64,000 nt of DNA from Bugula neritina (taxonomy: Eukaryota > Animalia > Bryozoa): positions 9,496,698 to 9,560,697 of the forward strand of contig OZ037765.1 of NCBI GenBank assembly GCA_964035545.1, given 5' to 3'. Every line of letters begins with the position of its first letter. Within the stretch, counting starts at the first letter, position 1. Below are positions 39,001 through 52,917 of this stretch, piece by piece. The position numbers and the translations under genes are program-made. The notes beneath the pieces were generated by a model. That model saw nothing but the letters and a program-made list of their open reading frames with translations. It made no database searches and was not told where the DNA came from.

Positions 39001-42000
39001 CACTTATTAAAAGTATTAATAATTTTCTCTAGAATGCAGGCTGACCGTCTTATATTTCATGGATCAATTCTCTCAAAGGAAATAATTCAAATCTAATACA
39101 GCTCCATAGTACCACCTTTGCCTCCAGTTCAATGGAGCGTATATAATCTACATGGTGGGGGGAATAAAAAATCCTTTGTCCATAGCTTGTAGGATTGTTA
39201 CTAGTTGCACCAAACTTTCCTGGGCTCTTGTTAATTTCTTTATAAAATCTTCTGTAAATCACACTCAATTTTAGAAACACTATAATTATATTACTACAAT
39301 TTACAAAAATTACAGCTATCAACATTTGAGATGTAGAATATCATTGTTCTTCTTGGTGCTATTTTGTTTGAAGTTTAAATGGGCTTTAAAGCAACCTTAT
39401 GTCTCCCAACCAATAAAGTGTCATTAAAACTAGTTGTTGCAAAAGAGACCATTACATTAGGTAAAAGTGTAACTAATAATTAGGTAAATAGTCATTGTGC
39501 TATTGTAGTCTTGTTTGTTAAAGCTATAGAGGTTTTTATTACTGTTTATTGCCACATATTCACTAAAACTAAAAAGACCTTCATAAAATTTCAATAAACA
39601 TAAACCTATGAGTTTCTACCTTGTTTTGAAGTTTCTAACATATTTTACTCTTTATAGTAAAAAAACAAGTTGAATTATTAAATGTTGGTCCCCCATAAGT
39701 TTAATTTAAGAAAAGCATTATTAGACATGATGAATCTTAAGCAACCTAGGATCAGCTATTTAAACTGCTACGGTACCAAGTTCTGTCCCTAAAGTGGTAT
39801 TAACTCTATCAATTTTTTCCTCCTATAGGTTTAATAATCAAGTGAAGGAAATACTATTTAACTATTACTACTGATCAATCATTATCATGTTGTTGCAGTT
39901 TTTCATTCTCAGATGCCTAATCAAAATTTTTCACCAAGTCAATCAAATAATTGCATGTAGTTATCACACTACCTGACAACTAGCTTGTTGTTATCTAGCC
40001 AGGAACTTTGTTCTTGAGGGAGAAACCCCTGCTCAAAATTTTCTACCTACACAGACTGTAGCCTATAATACATTCACGTTAACAAGCTTCTCAAACCTGT
40101 TTTATTTTAATAAATATTAGTAATACTGCATTACTATAATAGCGAAGGCAAGGTGGTTATTATGAATTGTAAGTGTTGGATGTATAGTGATGAAATACCC
40201 ACATCTTCTCTTGTCAATACCTGCACTAAGTTTTATTTAAATTGAATTTCTACTCAACATTATAAATTTTTGTTAAAAAAAAATATCAACTGTGATGTAA
40301 AGCCGGGCAACTTTCCTTACTCAGATTCTTTCCCTTAGAATGTTAAGTTACTTCTGCCATTCCACGCATTCTTACCAATAGCAATTAGTGCTTAAAATAT
40401 TTATAATCTTTATATATATTTTTCAATTAGTTCCTACAACTAACCAACAAAGTTTCCTACAAAATACCATACTGCTCTAAACTAAACACCTAGTTGACTG
40501 ACAAGTTACAGTTGCAAACTCCAAGCCACTCCTTATCAACAATTATACATACATTATTGCCCAAGATAGTTGTATGAATAGTAAAAGCTACAAGCTGTAT
40601 CAAAGCCTCATAATTTAAACTAGATAGTCGCATCAACCTATATTTCTTATCACTACAATGAATTTAAGCATTTATCTCAGCGAAATCTAAATAATACAGT
40701 TATGATAAAGATCTCTAAGTAAATTAATTCTTCATGCCTAATGACTAGATACCACACTTTTCCCCCTTATATTGCTTGTTACTAACTGATCTGTTATGTC
40801 CTACTATGTTACCAATTCATGTCTTCAAAAACATGGCTTCTTTTAGAATCTTTATTTTCTTTATTAGAAATTGTGTTGAAGTTGAATTTGACAAGGTCAA
40901 CTTGCTGGCTGCGCAGGGTTGGCGCCCTTACATATTGATCACCAAATATCAAGGTATTATAGCATAGCTTATAGTGAATTTTACAATTAATGTTAGGGGC
41001 TCAAAGTCATTACATACCTCAAATTAGAAAAAGGATTTTGTATAACTGGAGTTAGCAGGGCTTTTGATGAGTTTAATAATGAGGAATGTTGATCTTAAAA
41101 CTCCACTTAGTTTATATTTTAAAAATAGGTTACCATTTTGGGTTAAAAATACTCTTTAAGGTTAAGGGTGAATTTGAAAATAGCAATTTCTACTGAAATA
41201 ATTGGCTAATAATCAACTGTAGTCTCTGCTGTTTTAAAGTGGATGACATGGAGGTATTACTCCACTGTCTTGTTGTCAGCTGCTTAAACAAACAATACGC
41301 AAGATTTTCTATAAGTTTATTGAATGAATAATGTTTAGTAATAGTATAGTTATTGTTGTATTATTATATGCTGTTGTTACTCATTTCCTTCTATCAGTTT
41401 TATATAGTTGCTGTGATAAACTTTACTAAGTAATATAATTTGTAAAAAAAGGTTAAGAGATGTTCGCTTAAACCTATTTCTAAATCAGTGGCTCAAGATC
41501 TACAAGCAAAACACCTTCTAACACCATTTCCAGTTGTAGCAAGGCAACATGCACGTAACTAAGCATGCGTGACCTCTGTTGCTACGTTACACCTTTCATA
41601 TAACCAATATAATGTATTGTATGTAAATGAAATTACATTGCAGTATATATTATTATGCTTTATGTATAGAATAACATATATTGCTTCATGTGTTACTACT
41701 ACTGTGTTTTACCCCATATTTAGTTGCAGCAACTAGTAAAATTTAAATAGCTGAGTTCTTTAATTGTTTTTATGAGTTGTTTGAGACTCATATGGAGTAT
41801 CTCAGGGAACATAACTTCTTTTGCAATGTCTCAAATTTAGAAATTCTTCCAAATTTTCGTATTGTTGCACTTGAATGGAAGTAGGCTAGCAAAATGTATC
41901 AAATTGATTACATCACTGCCATTCAAGTAAATAGTTTACCCTGAGTGCATAAGAACATTTACTGGGTAAGCGGTTTACACCGTACATATTATAACTAATA

Positions 42001-45000
42001 TGTTATGTAAACAAATTACAGAAAAGTGCCATAAAAACAACAATTTAAGTTGTAGGGTGCTTCTGTTCTCACCATCTCTCTAATCATGGGATCCATTGAA
42101 CTATAACTATATAGTTTCAGTTCAGTGATGGGATCAACTCACAGCTCATACCTATACTTGATTGCCCCAGGTAAAGGTGGTAATGTTGGAATGTTGCATT
42201 TGGTGTATAGCAGGGCATTTTAATCAAATTACTGAAAATAGTCAGTTACTGATAGACTATTAATTGGTTGGTCTAACAATAAAAGCACCAAATGACTTAG
42301 GTTTGGCTGTACCATTCCATGATAGTTATTTGTTAAGAATCTGAGTGGGCCATAACCGTTGGTATAATTCCATTATTCAAAAATGTTCCAAGTTTAACCA
42401 TTAAATAATGTCTGGGCTGCCCACCTTTCATATTAAAATCATAGACCATAAATCACTTATCCATTCAGACAAGCCCAAGTCATTTTTACGTTAGTGTATG
42501 GCTTAAAAGTTTTGGCTATTTGCTCTTTTTATATAATTTTAAAATTTAAGCACTTTTTAATAGTTGCAGAGAAAAATTACATGAGGCAACATAAACACAT
42601 TATTACTTTTAAAAACCCATCTATAAAGAACTGTAAACAGTCTACATTTCTCTTGCTCATTGAATTACTAAGCACCCTATTCTTCGTAGCTGATTTTAGT
42701 AACATATCAGTTAAGGTTTTAGCTTTGAATAATATTGCTATACAACAAGATTAGTTTAATATGCAGTAGCTGATGAAAGTCACTAGAGCTAGTTAGCGGA
42801 GCTAGGTCCAAAAACCAAGTTTACCAAAGTACTTGAATGCCCTTAACCAGACTTAACTTGCTCAATTAAAAGACTTGGTCAAATTTTCTTTGACGGTTTG
42901 ATTAATTTGCAAGTCCAGTTGCAAGCAAATTTTTGCAAATCAAAAGTACTGTTTTTTTAAACATAATTTTAACACCTATCAACTGTTTAAATAATTGTAA
43001 ATCATAATAATTAAATAGTATTTTAAGAACAGTTCCTGCAACCAACTATTATTATATAGTTAACCTGCTTTTAGAAAAATCCAATGACTGTAGCGATTGA
43101 GTGACAGTTAACCAGCCATCATTAATTTTGTTCTTCAGTCAATATAGCTAAATATTAATTCCTAACTAGGTTGACCAAAAATTTATAATATTTTTAAGCC
43201 GCTATAAATTGACGTAAAGCTCACCAACTTTCTTTACTTGTTTGTAAATTTGTAAATGTATTGACTTGATCAAATATTTGCAAATCAATTCAAATTAACT
43301 TAAGATCCAGGTCATTGATTGACTTGGACATGCCTTAGATTTTTTACTAGTTTAGCTAATAGCTAACTGAACTTGCTGTGACATTAACGTAGCTATATTA
43401 ACCAGAGTCAAGGTGAGAAATGCTGATAAGAGCTACTATAAGTTTTTAGCTCATTCTACTGCTACATTTCTTTATCCTTTTTACTAAACAAAGAGTAGAA
43501 GACTATTTAAAATATAAAATGTTAAAGTTATAAAACTAATAAAGCAGCTCAAAAAACAGCAATTGATTGCAAGCAATTGTTTGACAATTTAAAGCTTGGT
43601 TGCATATATCTGCTTTTAGAATGCCAAAATACATACAGGTCATTGTTTATAGAGTGTAGTGCTACTATATTTTGATATTAGATTATAAAAATGTTATTCT
43701 ATATAACAACTGCTATCTTTATAAGCACTGAAATCTATATGCTTATTGATAGTACACCAGTGAGACATCTAGTCTCATTAATCAGGCCTATTGTTTCAAC
43801 TTCACCGTTGCAAAACATTTTCAATTACAGTTTGACCAGCATATAGTAAGGGATATAAATAAGTAAAAATTTGGTAAGCTATTTTTGCAGCTGTTTGTTG
43901 AAGTTTTAAAAGTATCTAGTCAAGGTTTCGTTAAGCTGCATGCAAGTGGGAGTAGACTTGGGAATTTTAACGACCCAATAAACGTATAGCTTCTCCCACA
44001 ACCTACTTTAATTTAGTATATAAGAAAATTTAAAAAATAAAAAATATTCGAACATGTAGCACTCATCCATTCACTTTCACCCAGCATTAAAATGATCGAT
44101 ATTTTTATTTCAAGAATTTAAAATAAGAACATATATTAGTTTATTTATTTGAACTCAGACTCGCACAATAACAATTTATTAAATAAAAATCGACATAACT
44201 CCAAAAGCTGTTGACTAAACTATGTTTTATAAAACAAAATTCTTAACAGTTTATTCAAAACAATCACCATGTAGTTGAATTTATTAATTCTGTAGGTTCT
44301 TTGAAAGTCTTTCTATCAGCTAATTGGTGAGCAAAGAGTAAACATAAAACCATAGGCTACAGAAATTTAGTTAGAGTTAATTTCTCTTGGCTAACTAGGT
44401 TGTAGATTTTTAAATAACATGGAATATGATCAAATATAACCGAAAAGATGTGTCTTTTTTAAGCCCTGCCTTATAAATGCACTAATTACTTAAATGTGAA
44501 TATTTTGATATCTCATATAGCAAGCAGGTGGCATATAAATAATTATACATCACTTATAACCAAACTTATATAAAATGACTAAATGGGAGAACTCAATAAT
44601 AATTTATAGGCTCATACCTGCAGACTGTTGACAGAATTTATCTTCATGTGAAGTACACATAGTGATTAGCCTGTAGATCAGGTTGAAGTTGTAGCCTTCT
44701 TTCTGCGCACATTGCTTTAGTGTCTGCACGAAAATAGATATTGATGGCATTAGCCTATAGGCAAATAGCAGTTGCATTTTAACATAGTATTATATTATGA
44801 TGCCATTGAAATTATTTTATTATATTTTAATTTATAATACCACAATAAAATTATAGTGTACCTTATTCTAAAACTGTTTTATCAACAAGGGACAAAATTC
44901 CTTATAACATTGAATTTATGGCAAAGTAAAGTGCCTTTCGAGATAGCAAGATAGCTCTACGGGAACACTATAGTAAGATTTTCAAGCAAATCAGTAGATG

Positions 45001-48000
45001 AAGAATTTTGAAAAGTCGTAGGCAATATAAGAGTTTAAGGCAACATGTATTTCAAAACAGTGCTATACTACATGCATATATATATGCAACTATGCCTACT
45101 ACAAAGAGTTATTTATGCCAGTTAGTTGATGGTGGGCAATGTTCAGCAAAAGTTAAGATGAATATTTATAACTAAATACAGAATAGAAGCTCAAGTATCA
45201 CAAATCAGAGTTGATTGGCCCCTAAGTTATTATCAAGAAATTTGGTAGTACATTGACATAACATATAGGCTACTATAATTGTTCTTTGAAGCAAGGTAAT
45301 GCATGCAACACTATATGAGGATATAAAAATATTATTTTTAGACACTATTCAGGTTTTTGCTTCCTGTTCTGGGATATAATTCCTATTTTATTGCCATTTG
45401 TTTCACCAATGATGTGTATATCCTATTATCACCACCAAACAGTCCTTTTATGATTATAGTTAGTTTTAGACAGCAAAGGGTTAAAGGGCAGCAAAACTAA
45501 CTGTAGCTGAGTTCATGGGATCTATGAAGCATTCTGGTCTGCATTGATGGAGACAGCCACCCACTACCTGAACAGGACAGAGTGTAGACATGGGTGAGGT
45601 GAGGAATGACTGCAACAGCCAGTACAACCAAAGATTTCAAGATTTCAGGAAATTCAATAACAACTGAAGTAGCATAAAACAATGTAGCTACATGGTCTAA
45701 CAGAACAAGACAAAGGCTAAAAACTTACTGACAAACAATCCATTAAATACGGTTCAAAATTGGGAATAAATGCTCTGCTGTCAGAACACCATTCCAGCAA
45801 TTCTCTGGTGGCTGACTCAAAGCTTTCATTGTCAGCAATTAGCTGCAAACATAGAAACAATACAGTATATATAAGCATCATATCTTAATCTTATGTAGTT
45901 TGTGGTGTAGATGGCAAAGGGTATCACTATGGAAACAAAGAGTTTAGTTGAAGAATAAAGCTAGTGTAGAGTAAATCTTGTGTGCTAGTTTTTACGTATG
46001 ATGGTAATATCATGATTAATTGCTTCCCAACTAATGTCTTGCCTCACAGAACATACAAAAACTGTGTTGAAGAATTCATTAATCTCTCTTATGTAATGGA
46101 GCAGACAGCAACAACCCACACTCTTACTTTTACTACTATCTATCAAATCAGGATATTTTCTTATATAAGCAAAATGTGTTGTAGCTAGAATTGAAGGACA
46201 TGTTTTTCTCCTCTTAACATTATAAAACTCACGCTGTACTCAGAGGTGGGCTAGCTAAGGGCATAATTGATGCCAAATGCCGTTAGTCAAAAACTTGGCA
46301 TCAAATACAGTCAATAATGTTAGTGACTCATTGAGAGTTTGTAGTTACTTTAACTATGAGTCATTTGCGAGTTTCTATTTTTAAAATCAATTGCATTTAT
46401 AATTAGTAATTTACACATTGGAATTAAGAAGATTCAAGGTTGATAAAGCTGTATGTATTATGAAACTTGCATCACAATAAGAATGTGTCCACCAAAAAGT
46501 TAAACACATTGGAACTAGTTAATATATGTGTGTGTGGGCAGAATATGAATAAAGATTAAATATATTATCAGTTATTGATGATGTTTCTACTATTAATAAT
46601 AATTATTCTAACTTGACAAAACTTATTTGACAAACTTTATTTCTGTCCACATTGTCAAGAAGAAGATATAAGCAGACAGTATCATTTAGTAAGCAACATT
46701 AAAAGTATTATAAATTAAAAAGCAAGAGTCAAAGCTCCAGACGTTGGCTTATAGTTTTATATTTTAAAGCCTACCCAAGTTTTTATAATATAGATAAACA
46801 GCTTTTTGGGTTGTCTATGTAAACTTTATTTTAGATAACTTCATATGGCAAGTATAAGCACAGGTATTTGTTCTTTGTTACTAACAAAGGACAGATTAAC
46901 TGCTTTTAATGTAAAAAGTGGTCAAATTGGTTTTTGTATCCTTTTAATAATTGTTTTCAAATCTCATCCTAAAAGTAGGGCCTATAAGTTGCATTTTTGC
47001 ATTACGTTGAATTAAAATTCAGTTCAATTGGTATTGACTTCAAAAAGCTCTCTCTAATGTATACTTTTATACATCAGAATATTTAGAGTATATTCATTGC
47101 CTAATTGGAAGCAGCTTAACTAAACTATTTTCCTAATTTTGTTAATAATTACATATTTTTATTTCAGTTTTCATCACATGAAATAGTGCATTTTGCCAAA
47201 GTTGATGTCTCTCCAGCCTATAACATGCTTTGATCAAAAGTTGAAAATACTTGAAAATACCAACAGTTTAGACTTTCTTAAAATTAAGATTGAGCTTTGT
47301 ATCATTTGTACAGAATAACACATGTAGGCTGAATCAACTTAGGCTTTTGTTTTTATAAGTAAGTTTTACAGGAAGTAGTAGGTTAGTAGCAGGAAGTAGC
47401 TAGCCTGAGTTGAACTGGAGAAAAATTCTTACTTAAATTATTTTCCATGGTTGCAGGTAAATCAAGTAACTAATGGAAAATTATTAAATAATCTAGGAAT
47501 CTGAAATATGGCCCTTTATTTAGTTATTTCAAAACCTATATCTCAATTTAGATTATTTGGAGTGTAAGGGTTACCCTTCCAGTAAATTAAAGTGTATAAA
47601 CATGAGAGGATAACTTTAAACTCTAATTACATCTTGACTGTAGTTTTTAGTTACAAGCATAAAGTTACACCTGTGTTATATACATGCTGATAAGACAGAG
47701 GAGTCAAAACTAGACTATACTTTGGCAATTACGATTTGTAATAATAAAATAATGCAATGGGAAGTATACCACACATGACTATAGATGCAAACTGCAACCA
47801 TAGTAATAACTAGCTTACAACAGGTCAAAAAACTTACACCTGTAAAAATTAAATTGTGTTAGTTTGATTTTAGAGCTACACGGTATTATTTTACTCATCA
47901 CTAGCTTAGTAGCAAACAAGTGAAAACTTTAGATTACCTGTTTAATCGTTTTTAGCCTTTGAATAGTATCGTCCACATGTTTCTCAGATGTAGGAATACA

Positions 48001-48039
48001 TAACTCTAAATATTCCTTCAAATGGGTTGCTGTTTCCTG
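20891..48039 (-). CDS. ZMIZ1: Zinc finger MIZ domain-containing protein (ZMIZ1/ZMIZ2 family co-activator), about 1073 aa from the first recognised exon
   Basis: 18 phase-consistent exons: 48039-47938, 45842-45729, 44723-44618, 31440-31248, 30383-30123, 29674-29467, 29080-28817, 28203-27964, 27332-27266, 27043-26911, 26264-26060, 25726-25621, 24320-24104, 23685-23528, 22724-22593, 22314-22150, 21700-21279, 21019-20891 (3222 nt). N-terminal [12 protein letters not shown] domain, [21 protein letters not shown] tract, [50 protein letters not shown]...WRCPIC, C-terminal DDLLAYL. Start codon lies upstream (candidate ATG|GT at 49267-49265). Confidence 0.93.
21279..21700 (-). CDS. ZMIZ1: ZMIZ exon with GP(A/P)SN peptide repeat
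   Basis: Within ORF 21264..21719; phase 1/0. Confidence 0.85.
23528..23685 (-). CDS. ZMIZ1: ZMIZ exon after the SP-RING
   Basis: [16 protein letters not shown]...IDANASWKP. Confidence 0.92.
24104..24320 (-). CDS. ZMIZ1: ZMIZ SP-RING/MIZ zinc finger exon
   Basis: [16 protein letters not shown]...[14 protein letters not shown]...WRCPIC. Confidence 0.95.
25621..25726 (-). CDS. ZMIZ1: ZMIZ exon
   Basis: [21 protein letters not shown]. Confidence 0.92.
26060..26264 (-). CDS. ZMIZ1: ZMIZ exon
   Basis: [12 protein letters not shown]...[26 protein letters not shown]. Confidence 0.92.
26911..27043 (-). CDS. ZMIZ1: ZMIZ exon
   Basis: [29 protein letters not shown]. Confidence 0.92.
37473..37795 (+). 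mobile_element. tRNA-derived SINE, copy 1 (in the large ZMIZ intron)
   Basis: Pol III A box TGGTCTAGGGG (37484-37494) and B box GGTTCAAATCC (37526-37536); no intact cloverleaf; homologous body at 60004-60213; 3' limit approximate. Confidence 0.8.
44618..44723 (-). CDS. ZMIZ1: ZMIZ N-terminal domain exon
   Basis: [35 protein letters not shown]; 106 nt, phase 0/1, joins the exon at 31440 across a 13-kb intron. Confidence 0.85.
45729..45842 (-). CDS. ZMIZ1: ZMIZ N-terminal domain exon
   Basis: [38 protein letters not shown]. Confidence 0.9.
47938..48039 (-). CDS. ZMIZ1: ZMIZ most 5' recognisable coding exon
   Basis: ...[17 protein letters not shown], resembling the ZMIZ1 N-terminus; TAGCAG tandem acceptor; no in-frame ATG. 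Confidence 0.75.
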
Positions 48040-51000
48040 CTATAAAATGTGATTGTTTTATCAGCATGATATCTACCTAAGCTACAGATGCTCGCAAAAA
48101 TATTTGAGGAGAAGAACTAAAGAATTGGTTTAAAAAATAATTTTATACACTCCTGGCAAGAAAAACGAACCTCTATGAAAACCTGCTAATTTTGTATGGA
48201 TAAAAAATAAAAAACCAATCATTTTTAAAAAATTTTGTTGCAGAGATTTCAATTTATGAAACAAGGTTTTGCCTGCACATTATGGAATTCAATGTTTAAA
48301 AAATCCATGTCTCTAATCCTCACAAAAAGTACATCTGTGAGTTTTTATTGACCATATAGAAGAATAAACAAAACATTAAGAATGTGAATTTGACCTTAGA
48401 ACAAAATAGACTAATTATCTTAAACATTTAAATGTTTTATATGCAAGGTGCTACTGCAAGATATCCAACAGGATTATTGCATGAGATACGGCAAATGTTA
48501 CTTAGGATGCTAGTACAGCAGTTCTCATTCAAAAAGGATCTAGTTTTATTTTTTTAGTAATGCTAACTTAACTATAGTAGTAAGTTTATGAGAAGCCAGG
48601 GACTAATGACCATCTAGTTTCATTTTATACTTCATTGGATAATTTTTTACACTAAATCTATAATAGTGCCTTTATAGTTTGGTGCGTAGCACTGACAAAT
48701 TAATAAAAAATCAATATAAAACCTTAGCAACGCTAATTTTCATGCTGCCTACAATGAAGCTGCTGTATTCAATGCTTCATTTGACTTTTGCCCATTATCT
48801 ACTTTTTGCTAATAGCTTACGATAATAAAAGACCGTAGCAGTTTAACAGATATGTTACCCTAATAGTCAAGTTAACACCTAATATTAACTGTTACCTTAT
48901 TATAAGGTATTATTTCAAGAACAGTGACTACTACCTTAAACACACTCTATAAGAAATCTAAAAAAGCTCAAAGCTAATTTTCAGCTTTTAATTGTTTTAG
49001 TTCAGATCCTTTAATTAAAGTTGGCTGTAAATAGTGTGATTGCCTTAAGAGACAATTGTACGGTTTGTAGCATTTATGTACATTATTCAAAGTTGCCATT
49101 GCAGCTTAGCAATAACTTAACTAATTATATGCATTTATAAATATAAAACAAAAACAAGCTATGAATTTATCAGCTTTTGAGAAACTGTAATGATAATATA
49201 CGATACAAACGGTTAATATTTACTGATGTATGTTATATAGTGTAATGTATTATTAAACTCCTACCATCTTTTCACATACTAGCAGTCACTTTATTTGGAA
49301 CTCTTAACTTATTGCTGGGTACAGTGTTGTTATTGTAGCACCTCCAATTGATATAGTAACCATTAAGTTATGCGTAGAGTTTCTACAAAATATGACATAC
49401 ATTCCAAATCACAGTAGAAATTGAGTAACAATAAATAAAACCAACTTTGTACCTTATCTTGACACATCAAATTGTAAAAATAGAGCATACCTAAGCAAGC
49501 TGAGCAATAAGTCACTATAGCGCATATACAAATACATATCCTGTTAATTATACTTTTTAAACATATTGGTATTTCAAACCAATTCAGCACAAGTTATGAA
49601 ACATTTTCTAACTTCTAACTTGTAGGAAAACTTCACCTGTTTTTACTGAACAGCTAACTGTATCATAGCATCCGTGTAAAGCAAATTGAATAGTAATACA
49701 AAGTTATAAATAACAATGTCTTGTTCACTAAATCATCTTGAATTCTTATCTTAAATATATGCTTATCTGCGTTATAAATTTGCCTTTATTTACTATATAA
49801 TTAGAGGACATGGTTCTACACTCTTAAGATAAAGGCATATATAGATCACATTACAAATTACAGCGCTATACATAACGTTATGTTCAAGTATTTGTTTAAT
49901 ACCCAAAACTGTAGTCACGTACAAGCAGCTGTCCTAATACTAATTCTCACAATGCTTCATTAAGCAACTGCACAAAGCTATTTTAACTCAGCATATATAA
50001 TATATAGTGCTGCCGTGCTTACCGGATTCAAGAAGGCTCTAATTTCAAACAACTCAAACTGTTGTATTTTCCGCAGTGATTGACAACTTTGCAGTAGAAT
50101 GTTTGTATTCGCATAATGAAACATTGTCAAGTGCTATTGTACAAGCTATTCCTCGAAGTATTGATTCTTTTCATTAAAACATATCCCTTAATCAAACAGT
50201 GGTTAATTCACTTGCATTTACAACCATCTTATAATACTGATGCATTGCTCTGCTATCCTTAAAGCTTTATTGCAACACTTGCTTAATTTATGTCATAGTG
50301 GGAGGGTATATTCGTCACATCTAATGTATCTTTTATACCTTATAATGGGTGCAAATATAATGGAGCTTCTATTAGTAACTCCAAGTAAAAGCTGTGTATG
50401 TTGATTATGGAAGTTGATAATCTTGTTAATGGTGATAGATTATGATAGCATTTATTACAATTAGTAAGGAAATGGTAGAATTAGCTTAGCACAAACATTG
50501 GGAGTATCGTTATTCAGAATTTCAAACTCAAGTAGCGTTTTTTGAACTAAATATTTCACTATTAGTATAATATGCTTTGTCAATGCCTAGAAGTTTTGGA
50601 TTGTCTTAAGTTTAGTGCAGACAACTTTTGCAAACACATATTTTACTATTCTGTTGCAATTATTACATGCTTTGCAAGTATAGGTGTGGGAACCCTAGCT
50701 GATGAAATTTAATCAAACCAGAATGAAGCATGGATATATAATATGTTTAAATTCTAGAATATATGCACAAAACATATGCCTAGCCTACATGTAAATTGTA
50801 GGGTTATATTCACCTATAGTAATTTTTTTTATAATTTTTAACATGATTTACAGCCTAGCTAGCAATACCTTGCATTTGCTAAATAACAAAAATTGTTGGA
50901 ATAATAGTATTTACACAGGCATATGATTCAAGTAGAAGGACTCCTAACCATCACTCCTATTGTATCTTAAAAAAGCTATTTTACTGCTAAAAGTTCCTAT

Positions 51001-51934
51001 TTTATTGTTTAGGTTCAAGGAGTCCCCATGTAGTTTTAAGTGAGTTTTGCTTATAGTAAGTTTTCTTTTTTGGGGTAGGCTCCTTGCCTTAGCGAAGTTT
51101 TAAATTAAGGATGAACCTTATACTGCTAAAAGTTTAAAGCCTACTATAGCTAAGTTATTTTCTATGCTACATAATGTATATAACCAAGATGAATGTGATG
51201 CAAGGCAGGATGGGAAGATAGGCGGGATGCTCATACTCCACTCTTTTAGTAAAAATAGGTAGATGAATCAAGATGGCATCCCACGGCTTTTCAACCACTG
51301 CAAGATGCATTAACAACGAAGAAATGTCAAGTATGAAGTAGCGTAGAATAATTGATAAAGCTAGTTTTCTACGTGGTATACGTATTATATTTCCAAGATA
51401 ATTTAGATATTACTTAATAATTATACCTCACAAGATCATTGACACAGCTATAAGCAAATATAAGACAGACGTAAATCAGATTGAATCTATGCAGAGCCAT
51501 TGACAGAATACTCTGACCAAAACTACTTACAGCACTAGTAACTAGAAAACCTTGAACACATGTATCATACTATATTTAAACCAGCAAGTTACTATTTACA
51601 ATGTTTGCTAATTTTAAACAATATTTTGGTAGCTTTTAGCTAAAACAAAAAATATAATAATTGCTAAGAAATATTAAGTTAAACAATATTTTTAAAATGA
51701 TCCCACAACTTTTATTGTAGGTTGTGTCCTGTCAAAGGTTCTAGTGCAGCTAGACTGTATCTTGTCTTGCTAGAAAATTATATGACTTCACATGCTCTTT
51801 ATTGCTATTTGTTTCAATGCCATTTTTAACCCTGTTAGTGTGAACCATGCTTATGAAACAACTTTAACCTCATTACTTCATATTTCTAAATACTATTTAA
51901 AAAGTAATCCTAGTAATTAGCTATTATTGTGAAC

Positions 51935-52080
51935 GTGTGTGTGTGTGGTGTGTGTGTGTGTGGTGTGTGTGTGTGTGGTGTGTGTGTGTGTGTGGTGCGT
52001 GTGTGTGTGGTGTGTGTGTGTGTGGTGTGTGTGTGGTGTGTGTGTGTGGTGTGTGTGGTGTGTGTGTGTGTGTAGTGTGT
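51935..52080. repeat. Compound (GT)n microsatellite with periodic GG interruptions
   Basis: Read directly. Confidence 0.95.
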
Positions 52081-52713
52081 AGTAGTCAACTTTAAAGATT
52101 GAATATAAAATTTATTTCAAATAATGAACAGATTAATGGAAGAAATATAAATCAAAATACAATGTTGGCATTTAGTTACTATAAAATTACAGAAATTAGC
52201 TGAATGACTGATATGGCATTACATTACAAAAACATAGAAAATACAAGGAGATCTTGAGATAGCACTCATTCTGGTCATGCAGTCAAGAAATAACTGCAGT
52301 AGTTAAAATTCTCTCACATAATAACTTTTCAATAAAACAAGAATAATCAAACAATCAATATCGACAAGTGGTATTAAAAAATAATGTCATGAAACCTTCT
52401 CAAAACATGAAACACGTTTGCTAATTTCAAACAGCTCAAAATTAGATAATCTTAAAAAATAACTGCCTTCATATACATTCATCCTTTGGAGAAAATATCA
52501 TCTGATTGTGTTCAAAATGTAATCGGGGAAGGGGAAAATTATATTTAACAATTATTTGTTATACAATACAAAATATATGATAGCAATTTACTTAGAAATG
52601 CACAAGTATGTTGTCTATATGTTGCAGCACTAAATAAGTGGAGGAGAGGATACAAAGGGAAGATATTCATTGGACTAGCCTGTAGTATGTTAGTGGCAGA
52701 AGAAGGTGACCTC

Positions 52714-52917
52714 TTACTTGTGTGTAACAGGGGGCACTGTAGTAGCAGGTGTTTCCTGTGATGACTTAGGTTTGAAAGCACCAGTAGAAGCGAGTATTAC
52801 AACTACAATCAAGGCAATGACTACCACGACTGTCACGCCTATAATGATCTTCATCTTCAAGTTTTGCCACCAATATTTCCTAGCAACTGCACGTGTGGTT
52901 CTCTTGAAAGTGTTGGT
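52714..52917 (-). CDS. VAMP7: VAMP7 last exon (TM)
   Basis: [46 protein letters not shown]...HK-stop. Confidence 0.9.
   Translation of the reverse strand, partial: TNTFKRTTRAVARKYWWQNLKMKIIIGVTVVVVIALIVVVILASTGAFKPKSSQETPATTVPPVTHK

Noticed and set aside
42640-43505. Possible old MITE with long terminal inverted repeats
   Set aside because: Similarity between the arms is too weak to support by eye; it needs a self dot-plot.
45477-45484. AGGGTTAA resembling a piggyBac-type terminus
   Set aside because: No matching left terminus found upstream.
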